From a virus (taxonomy: Duplodnaviria; Caudoviricetes): a DNA stretch of 64,000 nt. Made by a program: the position numbers and the translations under genes. The DNA lies in IMG/VR virus record IMGVR_UViG_3300014204_000110. One strand, 5' to 3'. The notes under the pieces were generated by a model. The model was not told where the DNA came from, did not search any database, and saw only the letters and a list, made by a program, of their open reading frames with translations. Of this stretch, positions 29,926-41,570 are shown one piece after another (the stretch's first letter is position 1; each line of letters opens with the position of its first letter).

Positions 29926-30507
29926 ATGTCAGAAGTAATAAGTTTGATAGAAAAAATTACTGGATTTATAAATCCTCAAACATCATTAGTAATAATAGTT
30001 TTTTTAGCAGTACTTGTAATAATATCAGTAGCGGGAAATGTTGGGATTGACTGGAATAATAAAAAGATAACATTTGGTAGTGGTAAAAATAAAAGATCAT
30101 GCGCAGATTGTGTTAATTATCTTTTAACTAAAAGAACAACATTTGAAACTTTATATTATAATAAACAAAATAGTATTCTTAGACAACAGATGATTTTTGC
30201 AGAACATAAACTTCTAGAAATGGAACTTTTTGTAGGATATGAATTTAAATGTAATATAAAAGACGAATTACGTCGCTCTTTCAAAAACAATGGTTTTGCT
30301 GAAAGAACACCAGTAGAATATGAAAAATATATTCAAGAACGTATTGGTTCTTTAACAACAATGATAGCAGTTACACATCCATCCTTTCCAGCAATAATAA
30401 GAGAAATATATGATCATGCTAAAGACACCACCTTAAGAGTTGAATCAGAACTTAAAAAACTCGAAAAAGATTTTATAAAAGATGTAGATAAATTTATAGG
30501 AGTATAA
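29926..30507 (+). CDS. Membrane protein upstream of the endolysin (holin candidate)
   Basis: Single N-terminal TM helix; adjacent to the endolysin. Confidence 0.45.
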   Translation: MSEVISLIEKITGFINPQTSLVIIVFLAVLVIISVAGNVGIDWNNKKITFGSGKNKRSCADCVNYLLTKRTTFETLYYNKQNSILRQQMIFAEHKLLEMELFVGYEFKCNIKDELRRSFKNNGFAERTPVEYEKYIQERIGSLTTMIAVTHPSFPAIIREIYDHAKDTTLRVESELKKLEKDFIKDVDKFIGV

Positions 30508-30508
30508 A

Positions 30509-30907
30509 ATGCCAACCTTTTCTAAAAGTTCATTAGATAAATTAATTACTTGTGATCCTAAACTTCAGAAACTTTTTAATGAAGTTATTAAATATTTTGA
30601 TTGTGTGGTTGTTTTTGGTCATCGAGGTAAAGAAGATCAAGATAAAGCTTTTGCTGAAGGTAATTCTAAAGTACAATGGCCTAATGGTAAACATAATACA
30701 GTTCCTTCAAAAGCAATAGATGTTGCTCCTTTTATTAATGGTAAAATTTCTTGGGATAGTAAACAGTGTTTATATTTTGGTGGAATTGTAAAAGGTATTG
30801 CTACAATGCTTGGTATAGATATAAGATATGGCGGCGATTGGGACAGTGATAATGATGTAACTGATAATAAATTCAATGACTTAGTCCACGTAGAATTAAA
30901 GGAATAA
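30509..30907 (+). CDS. Endolysin, peptidase M15 (L-Ala-D-Glu peptidase-like)
   Basis: GHR...Q, KHN..PS.AIDVAP, GGDW, DLVHVEL. Confidence 0.9.
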   Translation: MPTFSKSSLDKLITCDPKLQKLFNEVIKYFDCVVVFGHRGKEDQDKAFAEGNSKVQWPNGKHNTVPSKAIDVAPFINGKISWDSKQCLYFGGIVKGIATMLGIDIRYGGDWDSDNDVTDNKFNDLVHVELKE

Positions 30908-30908
30908 G

Positions 30909-33487
30909 ATGTCAGAAATTAATTTAAGAAACGTTTCTAATCAAACAGAACTTGCTATTCTAGGACAAAATAATCCAGAACTTGCTAGTTTATTACAGGT
31001 ATATCCTCCAGAAATGGCAACTCTTTTAATTAATAATAAAGAAAAACTTGCAAGTATATCTAAACAGATGGAAAATTTTACAACAGTTACTTGTATTAAT
31101 ACAATGATAATGAAGTGTTCTCAAAATTGTGTATATAATAATGTTTGTATTTTCGTTAAGAATGATATACGTCCCGATGGGTTTCCCTGCCCTATCGAGA
31201 AAAAAGTTATATTAGATATGGAATTTGACATCGTAAGAAGTCTTGAAATTGATAAAAGTGATCCTATAGAAATGGAAATGCTTTGGGATTTAATCGATGC
31301 TAAACTTCTAGATATGCGAAGTAGTGGAGCACTTAAAGATGGAAGACTTACTCAGATAGTTGAACAAAAAGTTGGTCAAGCTATAGTAAGTCGTGAAGAA
31401 CTTTCTCCAAATATCGAAGCTAAGATGGAACTTAAAAGACTTAAACATAATATTATTGATAGCTTCGTAGCGACTCGTAGAGCCAAGAAAAAATATGGTA
31501 TGAGTAGTGATCAGAGTACTCTTGAAAAGATGATCAGAGAGGCTGCAATGAATGTTGAAGACCAATTGGAATGACATATATGATTCAGTTAAAAAACGTG
31601 TAAATTATATATCTTCGCGTACAAGAAATGTATTAACTAAAAATCAATTATATAATGTTGGTCAAAGAGAAGTTGGAAGAATTGATCAAAAAGAACTTAG
31701 ACATAATATTAAAAAAAAGTATGATAAAGCAGCGTTAAGAATAAATGAATATGTTTCTACTACTAGTAACAAAACACGTAAACTTCTAGAAGGTAATAAA
31801 GCTGGACGACTTCTTACACAGATTGCAAATAAAAAGTATGGAAAACATATTTTAATAGCAGCTGGAACGCTTTTAGCATCTAGTTTAATTGGAAAGATAA
31901 CACAATATAAATCAGAACCTGTTATACCTAAAAATTATGATCGTGGATATGACATTATGAATGAGACATTAACTGATTTTTCATCTCCAGTTAACTTACT
32001 TAAAGCTACTACAAGATCAAATATTATGCCATATTATAGTAGTGTAAGAAAAGGAACAGTTACTTCAGTCAGGTCTGTTCAAGAAAGAAATTTATCTTTA
32101 TTTTTAAATAAACATGCAATAGGACATACAAGGTATTAAATATGTCATCTATGTATAAACCATCATCAAAACTTGCAAGATCTTCATATATGCAAGGTTT
32201 TAAATCAAGCCCATTAAGTAGACAAACTTATAAAAAAATGAGTGCTAATATAATGCCTAAAGTCTCTAGAGGTAGTGATCCTATAATGGCTCAAAATTCT
32301 CTTGGACGAGTACGATCAGATAAAAAATTTAATATATATCGTGGTGTTAGCAAGTCACTTATAGGTAAGAGTAAGGTTATTCCATCTCCTATAAGAAAAG
32401 GTGGACTTAAAGGTGCTCTTGTTACTGGTGCTGTTTCTATGTTAAATGTTGCAATAATGAAAGGTGCTATGAATCCAGGACGCTTTGAAGTATATGGTCG
32501 TATGATGCAAAATTTAGCAGTAGGTAAAAACATGTTGAATAATACTAGACTAGGATTAGCATCTGGAACCTCTAGAATGAACGATATGGGACACACAATG
32601 GGATTATCTTTAGCTTTATCTAAATCTCGTCATGGACGTTACTAATGTATCAATATGATCCTTATACTGGTGATCAAATACAACCTCAAAGTAATCTTGT
32701 AGGTGAGATTGCTTCATATCCTATTAAACCATCTAGTTATTTTACATTAGCTACATCATATCCAGGAATGTATAGTCCAACTAATGGTGTTAAAATACCT
32801 TTCAGAAAACTTGCTAAAGATATTAAAAAAAGTATAAAAAGTCCTGCCATATATAATAGATATAATCAAAGATTTGGTAAAAATGCACTTAAAACTAAAT
32901 TTGTAGGTCTAGGCTCAAGAGCAATAACTAGTCCATTTTCACTTGGAATGACCGAAAGTGAATGGGTTGGTAAAGATTGGCTTAATAAAAAATCTGTTCA
33001 AAAATATAAAAGAGTTGTAAATAAAAATGATTTTAATGTCGCGCTTGGTGAAGCTAAAAAAGATTATCTTAGACAACCAAATACAAATAAAGCATCATGG
33101 ACTCTATTTAATAGAATCTCTGAAGGATCTAGAATTAAAAACGAAATAGGAACTTATGTTAAAGATGGTTTTGGATTTTCTAGAAAACAAATATTAGCAA
33201 AAGGTGCTCTTGGAGTTGCAAAAGTCGGATCTACTATTGGTCTTGGACTTCTTGCTATTGATCTAGCTTCTATGGTTGCTAAACCATTAGCTCAAGCAGC
33301 TATAGGAACATTAAACAATCTTGCTACTGAATATCAGAACCGATTTATGCCAGAAATGGGCGGACAACTTGCTTTAAGTTATCTATCTCAAGGCGCTTAC
33401 ACCGAGAGACAAAGAGCTATACAAAGTATATCTCGCTCTTCTTTGAATGCGAGGAGTGCGCTAGGTCAAGAAGCCAATTACATGTAA
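30909..33487 (+). CDS. Four late hypothetical proteins (30909-31574 possible terminase small subunit; 31552-32139; 32142-32645; 32645-33487)
   Basis: Coupled ORFs immediately upstream of TerL; TerS assignment is positional only. Confidence 0.55.
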
Positions 33488-33490
33488 ATT

Positions 33491-36400
33491 ATGAATAATT
33501 CAAATATAATAAAAACATTTTCTGATCCACTAATATGGTGTGAGAGTTATTTAAGAGATCCTAGAGATAGGGATAAACCTCTTGTTCTTCGATCATATCA
33601 ACAAAATATTCTTAAAAATACTCGTAAATATAAGAGCATGATAAGTCGATGGGGTCGTCGTTGTGTTGCTGAAGATAGTCCAGTACAATTATATAATGGA
33701 ACTACAATTAAAATACAAGATATTAAAGTTGGTTATAAAGTAGCATCTTGGTCTTTTAATAAACAAAAAGCAGTTCCTGGAAATGTAAGTGAAGTATTTA
33801 ATAATGGTATTCAAGATATATTTGAAGTGTTACTTGAAAATGATTTAATTATAAAATGCACATCCAATCATCCAATTTTAATTTTAAGAAATACTACATA
33901 TTTATATAAACAAATAGATAGAGATTTATCTATAAATGATATGTGTGTAATTTTAAATAAAGATCACACATTTTCTACTTCTAGAATTGTAGATATAACA
34001 TATATTGGTAAAAAACAAACATATGATATAACTGTTGATAATTATAGTAATTTTTCTTGTAATTTTATCATTTGTCATAATAGTGGAAAAAGCGTAACTT
34101 TCTGTGCAGATACATTATGGTGGGCGCAGGCTTATCCACTAGTACGAATGATAGAAACTAAAGCAATAAAACAGAAGTCATTTAGAGTACTTGTCTTTTG
34201 TCCTTATGAATCACAAATTAAAGAACTCTGGAATACTTATACACAATTGATTGGTGATAGTCCATTACTTATGGATCAGTTAGTTAAGATAAGAACTTCT
34301 GATATACATCTTATTGAATTTAAAGGTACTGACGATAGTACTCGTGGAAGCACAATTGAAGGATTCACGATTGGTATTAGTTCATCTAACCAAGGTACAA
34401 GTTTACGCGGATTATGTCTTGGTGAAAACACAAGAATATCTATGATAGATGGTAGTACAAAAAATATTAAAGATTTAAATATAAACGATAAAATAATATC
34501 TTATAATATTAATTCTAAATCATTTGTTGAAGATTCAATTGCTTATATTGCTGATGAAGAAGAAAAAGAATTATTTGAGATAGAATTTCAATCAGGTAGA
34601 AAAATACAATCCTCAAAAGATCATAAATTTCTTACAGATAATGGATGGAAAAAACTTGAAGATATAACATTATTTGATAAAATTAAATCATCTTTTAATT
34701 TTGTAACAAATTCAGTAACAAATCCTCAAGATGAGTATGTCAAAATATGTGCATATTTAATAGGAGATGGATGTATATCAGATAATAGAATTAAAAACAG
34801 TACCATTCCTTTTACTAATACTAATAAAAAATTAATAGATGATTATAAAAATTGTCTAAAAACTTTAGGATTTTATTTTAGTGAACAAAGAAAAAAAGAA
34901 TGGGTAAATAAACAACCAATAGATATAGTTGTTACTGGTTTTAAAAGAAAACAACCAAAATTTTATCAATTTTTAAAAGATTATGAGTTATTAGGTAAAA
35001 TTCATAATACTAAAAGTGTTCCAGATATAATTAAAAAATCATCTACGTTAAAAAAAGCATTATTTTTAAGACATTTATTTTCAACTGACGGCTGGTGTAG
35101 TTTATATATATCTAAACAAAATTATAATCAGTGCGAAATAGGATATTGTTCAACATCCTTCAAATTATGTCAAGATATTCATGATATATTATATCAATTT
35201 GGAATATATAGTAAAATTCAAACTAAATATTATTATGTTAATAATATCAAATTTATTAAATATGAATTAAAAATTAGAAGTAAAACTAATATTAAAACTT
35301 TTTTTCAAAAAATTGGATATATTTTTGGAAAAGAAAATAGTTGTAAAATAGTAGATAATATTGTTAGTGTTGGTGTTCATGCTGATAAAATTAATCCAGA
35401 ATATGAAAAAATAATTTCTATAAAATCTATAGGTTTAAAAAAATGTTATGATATTACTACAAAAAAATACCATAACTTTATAGCAAATGGAGTTATTACT
35501 CATAATTCTGGAGATATGGTTTTTATAGATGAAATGGATTATATTCCATCTGATATTATGGAACAAGTTATATTACCTATTACTACAACACACGTTGATG
35601 TAAGACTTCGAATTTGTTCTACTCCTAGTGGTAAACGTGAGAAATTTTTCCATTTTTGCTCAGATTCAAAACAACTTGGATGGTTTCATACTCATATACA
35701 ATCATGGCATCCAGATAATACTAACTGGAGAAGTATAGAACAAGCAAGAAAACTTGGAATACCAATAGAAGAAAGTACTGAATTTCAAGTAAGACATAGT
35801 ACAACAACTTCTGCTTTTGAACGTGAATATGGTGCTGAGTTTGGTGAAGAATTTGGTGGAGTATATAAACATACACTTATAAATAAATCTATTACTAAAT
35901 ATAATCGTAATATAGATACAAGAGATCTAGATGTATTTGATCCTGGATTTGAACAAAATCCAGAACATAAATATATTGTTGGAGTTGACTGGAATAGTTA
36001 CGTTAATGGTGGTCAGGTTGTAATGGTTGAATACTGTAGTACTCCAACATTGCATACTTTTTATGACGATGATAGACAAGAAGATGTTATTGTTGATTTC
36101 ACTGGCAAATATAGATTATTTTATAGAAGAAGTATAAAGTCTCAAGAATCCACACAACGTATGACTCGTAATGAAGTTATAAGATTAATGACTTATTATA
36201 AAGTTGATTACGTGTATGTTGATTATGGAGCTGGTGATACTAATATCGAAGAATTATCTCTTTATGGAAGAGGTCATCCAGAATTAAAACTTTCTGAAAA
36301 ATTAGTCGTCATAGATAGTGGTGCTGTTGCTGAACATTATGATCATATAATTGGAAAAAAAGTTAAAAAAAGAAATAAGACTTTAATGGTAAACTTTTCA

Positions 36401-36835
36401 GTAATATCTCTTGAAGAAGGAATGTTTTTACTTCCAAAAGAAGAAGATCAAGATACTAGACTTGTTGGTCAGATGAGAAGTTATGTTGTTAAAAATATAA
36501 CAGCTCGTGGAGAATATTCATATGAAGGTGATGATCATATACTTGATGCTTTTAATTTAGCTATATATGGATTTCAACAAAAGTTCGGTCAATTGATGGC
36601 ATCTAGAATTAAGTATGATATAAATATTACTGCTGATCCTAGAATGCAATACTTTCCTAAACGTGCTGGAAATATAACAACACCTATTCCTATTAAGATC
36701 AAAAACTCTTATAGTACACCAATAAGAGATCCTGAAAAACCATTGGCCTATCCTCATAAAAATAATCGATCAGCATTTCCATTGGTTGGTGCTGGACGAT
36801 CATTACATTTTAATACAAGACGTGGATCTTTTTAA
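33491..36835 (+). CDS. terL: Terminase large subunit with two inteins (about 610 aa after splicing)
   Basis: Spliced Walker A WGRR|SGKS, Walker B LRGL|SGDMVFIDE, motif III STPSG, nuclease GVDW...YVD...DDHILDA. Confidence 0.93.
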   Translation: MNNSNIIKTFSDPLIWCESYLRDPRDRDKPLVLRSYQQNILKNTRKYKSMISRWGRRCVAEDSPVQLYNGTTIKIQDIKVGYKVASWSFNKQKAVPGNVSEVFNNGIQDIFEVLLENDLIIKCTSNHPILILRNTTYLYKQIDRDLSINDMCVILNKDHTFSTSRIVDITYIGKKQTYDITVDNYSNFSCNFIICHNSGKSVTFCADTLWWAQAYPLVRMIETKAIKQKSFRVLVFCPYESQIKELWNTYTQLIGDSPLLMDQLVKIRTSDIHLIEFKGTDDSTRGSTIEGFTIGISSSNQGTSLRGLCLGENTRISMIDGSTKNIKDLNINDKIISYNINSKSFVEDSIAYIADEEEKELFEIEFQSGRKIQSSKDHKFLTDNGWKKLEDITLFDKIKSSFNFVTNSVTNPQDEYVKICAYLIGDGCISDNRIKNSTIPFTNTNKKLIDDYKNCLKTLGFYFSEQRKKEWVNKQPIDIVVTGFKRKQPKFYQFLKDYELLGKIHNTKSVPDIIKKSSTLKKALFLRHLFSTDGWCSLYISKQNYNQCEIGYCSTSFKLCQDIHDILYQFGIYSKIQTKYYYVNNIKFIKYELKIRSKTNIKTFFQKIGYIFGKENSCKIVDNIVSVGVHADKINPEYEKIISIKSIGLKKCYDITTKKYHNFIANGVITHNSGDMVFIDEMDYIPSDIMEQVILPITTTHVDVRLRICSTPSGKREKFFHFCSDSKQLGWFHTHIQSWHPDNTNWRSIEQARKLGIPIEESTEFQVRHSTTTSAFEREYGAEFGEEFGGVYKHTLINKSITKYNRNIDTRDLDVFDPGFEQNPEHKYIVGVDWNSYVNGGQVVMVEYCSTPTLHTFYDDDRQEDVIVDFTGKYRLFYRRSIKSQESTQRMTRNEVIRLMTYYKVDYVYVDYGAGDTNIEELSLYGRGHPELKLSEKLVVIDSGAVAEHYDHIIGKKVKKRNKTLMVNFSVISLEEGMFLLPKEEDQDTRLVGQMRSYVVKNITARGEYSYEGDDHILDAFNLAIYGFQQKFGQLMASRIKYDINITADPRMQYFPKRAGNITTPIPIKIKNSYSTPIRDPEKPLAYPHKNNRSAFPLVGAGRSLHFNTRRGSF
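33662..34081 (+). mobile_element. Mini-intein (140 aa) in the TerL Walker A motif
   Basis: Starts CVAEDS, block B TSNHP, ends ICHN followed by Ser. Confidence 0.92.
34415..35506 (+). mobile_element. Intein with LAGLIDADG endonuclease (364 aa) upstream of the TerL Walker B motif
   Basis: Starts CLGENT, has AYLIGDG and LRHLFSTDG blocks, ends ITHN followed by Ser. Confidence 0.93.
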
Positions 36836-39498
36836 TGGATAAAACATATCAAATATCAGAGTTTATAAATAAAAGTTTACCTCCAGAAGTTCTAGAGCAA
36901 CTTAAAATAGTTGATAGAGTTAAACATTTTCTTAAACCAACAACTGTATCTTCAATATCACAAATAGAAGATCAACCAGAAAAACCTACAGATCAAACTC
37001 TTTCAACACAAAGAGAAGTTGAAGATGAGATTGATAAACTTATAGATGATGTAAAGGATTTTGAAGATCTTGTAGAACAACTTGAAGATCTTGCTGATGA
37101 ACATCTTAAAAATATGGCAATACCTTCTGAAAATAATCTTGTATCTGATGCAGTAAATAAACTTGGTGGTAAAGATGGAGTTATAACAAAAGAAATTCTT
37201 GATAAAGCTCAAGCTATAATAGATTATGTTCCAATGATGTCTTTAGGACAAGATCCAGTATTAGCAGCTTTGCTTGGTGATGGAGTTATTGATGGACCAT
37301 ATGTAAGTTGTAATGAAATAACATCAAATATTGGAAGAGAATTAAAATTAAAAGTTAAAGGTATAAATTCTGCAGAAGTAGTTATAAAAGATCAAGCATC
37401 TAAAATGAATGAAACTCATGATGCAAAAATGAAAAATTTTCTTATAGAATTTATATTACAATTATGGTGGAATCAACTTTGGCCTAAATTTGTTGTTGAT
37501 CTTGCTATAATAAATCCAAATAGAATTCTTGCAACTCCTCCAGATAGTGTTGTTTGTTTTTTTAAAAGTATAAAATGGAATGGACAAACATATCCTAGAT
37601 TTAGAAGAAAACCAAAAGATAGTATTACTGGAACATCTAATTCTGGTTATAGTGACGCCAATGGACCAGTTAATAAATTGTTAAATAAATTAAGAATGTT
37701 ATTATTATGTAAGTTACCTAAAAAGTTTTATAAAAACTATAAACCAGATGCTAAATTAAACTGTCCAGAAGATCAATTAAATGATTGCGTTGCTAAAACT
37801 GATAATCCAAAAGATATGTCTGGAAGTAAAGATTTATCTGATCTTGAAAAAATATATAATGATATAGATGAAAATTCTCCATGTTTTGATGTAAATGATT
37901 TAATTGGTAATATGTCTTCAGATCAACCACAAGGATTTGGATGTCCTCCAGAATGTATACAAGCTGCAAAAGTTATATTAGATGCAGTAATGGCTGATGC
38001 ATTAACTCCATTAGAAAGTAATGTATAATGAGTTATATAAGAAAAAATGGATACGTCCAAGGAGCTTTATTATTTCTTCCTCAAATTAAAAAATTAAGAG
38101 AAACTCTTGAATTTGAAAAATTTCAATGTAGAGTTCTTAAGGATGATGAACGAACACAAGAATTTAAAAAGAAAACAGAAGAACTTAAAGATAGTATATA
38201 TGCTTTTAGATATAATAATATAGAGTCTGAAAAAATGACTGAAGCAGGAAAGAAATATGAATCAAAAGGGACCTAATAGTCAAATAGATGTTGATCAATT
38301 TTCTACTGGTATTAAAAATGTATTTAATACTATAGAACATCCATCTATTACAAATATTCTTGGAACTCCTGGACAAGAATTAAGAAAACGTAGTGAATTA
38401 TTATCTCAAATGGTTAATAATTTAAATAAACCAATATTAAAAGCTTTAGCTAATGATATGCTCACTACAATGGTTTCTTGGCTTGATGATCCTCAAGTGT
38501 TATGCTGTCTTATACAAGGAATATGGTCTTCTTATGTTGCTAAAAATGTTAATTTAAGTGCAAGTTCAAAAATTAAATTAGCAGATAGTGATTTTGGAAA
38601 GTTTCTAGATAATCTTATAGCATTTGTTGATTTTATAATTATTTTTATAACTCAGGATATTAGAAGATTAGTTATATTCATTCCTGATCTTATTAAAGAA
38701 ATAATGAACGCAATAATGGGAATGATAATATTACTTATTCAAGAAACTGCTTTTGCTCTTAGAAATTCTGTATTATCAGTTATATTTGAATGGATGGATA
38801 AATGGGATACAGAACGTACTTGGTCAAAATGTCTTCCACTTAAACAAATGATTAATATTTTAAAAAAGTATATAAGTGATTATGGAATTTTAGCAACCAT
38901 ATTTGAAAAGATTAAAGGATATATATCTGGATTAAGTATTAAATCAGAAAAAATAGCGAAAGAACTTGTTCCTAATGTTAAAGATCTAGAATTTTTATAT
39001 TGGTTACGTGATTTATTAATTAAACTTAAACGAGCTTCTTTAAATTTTGATTTATGTATAGACTATGATTTTTTACCAACTTCTGATACAATTAATACAA
39101 ATAATGATGAAAATAATCAAAAATTTGCTAAAAAAACATACATTGATGAAATAAATGATGAAAATAAAGACTTCCAAGGTGATATTAAAAAACAACAAGG
39201 CTATACTATTGGATCAGATGGTACTATTTTTATAGATAAAGATAATACCTTGAATGATAATGGAAATTGGATACCAAGATTATCAAATAGTTTTTTAAGA
39301 GAATTTATTCATAAAGAATATAGTATTCCATATGATGTAATAGACAATACTATTACTCGTGGAACATCAAAAGATAATATTCAAGGAACTTCAATTACGT
39401 CAGATAATTTTATAATTCAAGATAGATGTGCTAATACACCAACATCTCAAGAAACAATTCAATGGATATTAAATTTGAGGAGTAGATTGAATACATGA
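36835..39498 (+). CDS. Three hypothetical proteins between TerL and portal (36835-38028, 38028-38276, 38257-39498)
   Basis: Translationally coupled ORFs. Confidence 0.7.
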
Positions 39499-41570
39499 GC
39501 TGGTTAGATATATTTAAATCAAATTCTAAACAAGAAAAAGAAATTACTACAATAGAAGTTTCTGATTCAGTTATTCTTGCAAATGGTCAAGATAAACGCG
39601 AAGTAGATGATCCAACATCTAAATTTTGTTGTCCATCTCCAGTTAAAAGGTATCAATATACAAGACGTAATGTAAGTTATAAACCATCTGAGTATGATCT
39701 AGAAATGGTCGCTAATGCAGTTAGTCTAGATGGTATTCTTCGTAGAACTGTTAATATATATGTAGAACAGATACTTAAAAATGGTTATGAAATAAATTCT
39801 GAAAACGATAAAATAAGTAAACACGTTGCAAAACGACTTAAAGAAATACAATATTTTACTGGTATTTCATTTTATGAACTTTTAAATCAAATTTCTACTC
39901 AACTTGTTACTTATGGTAACGCATACGTTATTAAAGAACGCGCCAGAGATGTAAGCAAATTTGGAAAAGGTTATAGATTATATAATCGTAGTGTTTATCC
40001 AATTGTAGGATTATTTTGTGCTGATGCTTCTACTATGGAGGTTGGTCTTAATGATGCTGGAACAGTAGTAACTTATAAACAAGAAATTCGTGGAGAAGCA
40101 AATGAATGGGATGAACGAGATGTTATTCATTTTACTTATAATAAAATACCAGGAACACTTACAGGACAAAGTCAGATACTTCCAGTTCTAGATGACGTAA
40201 GAGCACTTCGAAAACTTGAAGAAGAAATAGAAATTTTAGGATTTCAATATTCTATTCCTCTTTATCTTTATAAAGTTGGTACAAAAGAAATACCACCAGC
40301 TCCTGGAGAAGTTGAACTTGTAAGTAGTACAATAGCTAATATGCCTTCTTATGGAATGCTTGTTGTTCCTGGTCATCACGATATTACTATTCCATCTAAT
40401 ACAAATAGCATGGATATCATAAAATATGTTGATCATTTTAAAAGTAGAATATTTGGTGGACTTGGAGTATCTCCTGTAGCACTAGGTCAGAGTGATACTT
40501 CTAATCGTAATACTGCTCAAGTAGCAGATCTAGCAATGCAAAGTATTACTAAATCATATCAACAAATTGAAAAAAATAAAATAGAACTTGAATTATTTCG
40601 TGAACTTATGCTTGATGGTGGATTTGATAGTATTGATGATGAAGTTGAATTTAGATTTCCTGAAATTGATATTGAAACTCAAATTAAAAAAGAAACACAT
40701 ATTATAGCAAAATGGCAGAATAATCTTATTACAAGAACTGAAGCTCGTAATGAAATGGATTATGAAAATAAAGTAAAAGATAGTGATACATTTTTAAATA
40801 CAGTTGATATTCCTAAAATTGAAGCTCAACAAAAAGGTCAAATGGAATTAGCAGAATTAAATAATGCTAATGCAGTTAAACTTGCTAAGTTAAAACCAGC
40901 ACCATCTGCTGGTGGAGAAAAAACTTCTACTCCAGCATTACCTAAACCAAATTCTGGTGGAAAATCAGTTACCAAAGTTACACATACAATTACTGCTCCT
41001 AAGAATCAAAAATCTACAAGTAATAAAGTAGCTCCAGCTAATCAACATGGAAAATCTACAAGACCCAAATATGTTAAAAATTCTAGTGATAATATTTTTG
41101 ATGGATTATCATTATTTAATAACGATAATTTTTCTAAAACACTATCAAAAAATATAACTGATTATTTATATGAAGAACTTGATTATACTATAAATAAGTT
41201 ATGTTCTTTTTATCATAAACCAAAGTTTGAAATTAATACAGATATAACAGATAAGTATTTTTCTGGATTAGACATGATAATATCTAATAGAGTTTCAACT
41301 GCGGTTAAATTTTTAGATGAATATGATAAATTAGATTTATATAATCAGAAGACAAAAGAGTTTGTTGATGATCAAGTATCTAAAGTTCATAATTTGGCTA
41401 AAATTCTAATGTACAAAGAATTTGATATTAACACTATACTAATATCAGCGGATAACTGCGATAAACACGCAGATGTTATTATTAATCTAGATAATTTTGA
41501 TTATAGTAAACTTCCACCATTTGGATATCAATGTAAGTGTGAAATAAGTGAAGAGAATTTAAATGAGTAA
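39495..41570 (+). CDS. Portal protein with a C-terminal MuF-like extension
   Basis: LVTYGNAYV, DVIHF, GQSQILP, IFGGLGVSP..LG, ITRTEAR; ends C..H...LPPFGYQCKC. Confidence 0.85.
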   Translation: MSWLDIFKSNSKQEKEITTIEVSDSVILANGQDKREVDDPTSKFCCPSPVKRYQYTRRNVSYKPSEYDLEMVANAVSLDGILRRTVNIYVEQILKNGYEINSENDKISKHVAKRLKEIQYFTGISFYELLNQISTQLVTYGNAYVIKERARDVSKFGKGYRLYNRSVYPIVGLFCADASTMEVGLNDAGTVVTYKQEIRGEANEWDERDVIHFTYNKIPGTLTGQSQILPVLDDVRALRKLEEEIEILGFQYSIPLYLYKVGTKEIPPAPGEVELVSSTIANMPSYGMLVVPGHHDITIPSNTNSMDIIKYVDHFKSRIFGGLGVSPVALGQSDTSNRNTAQVADLAMQSITKSYQQIEKNKIELELFRELMLDGGFDSIDDEVEFRFPEIDIETQIKKETHIIAKWQNNLITRTEARNEMDYENKVKDSDTFLNTVDIPKIEAQQKGQMELAELNNANAVKLAKLKPAPSAGGEKTSTPALPKPNSGGKSVTKVTHTITAPKNQKSTSNKVAPANQHGKSTRPKYVKNSSDNIFDGLSLFNNDNFSKTLSKNITDYLYEELDYTINKLCSFYHKPKFEINTDITDKYFSGLDMIISNRVSTAVKFLDEYDKLDLYNQKTKEFVDDQVSKVHNLAKILMYKEFDINTILISADNCDKHADVIINLDNFDYSKLPPFGYQCKCEISEENLNE

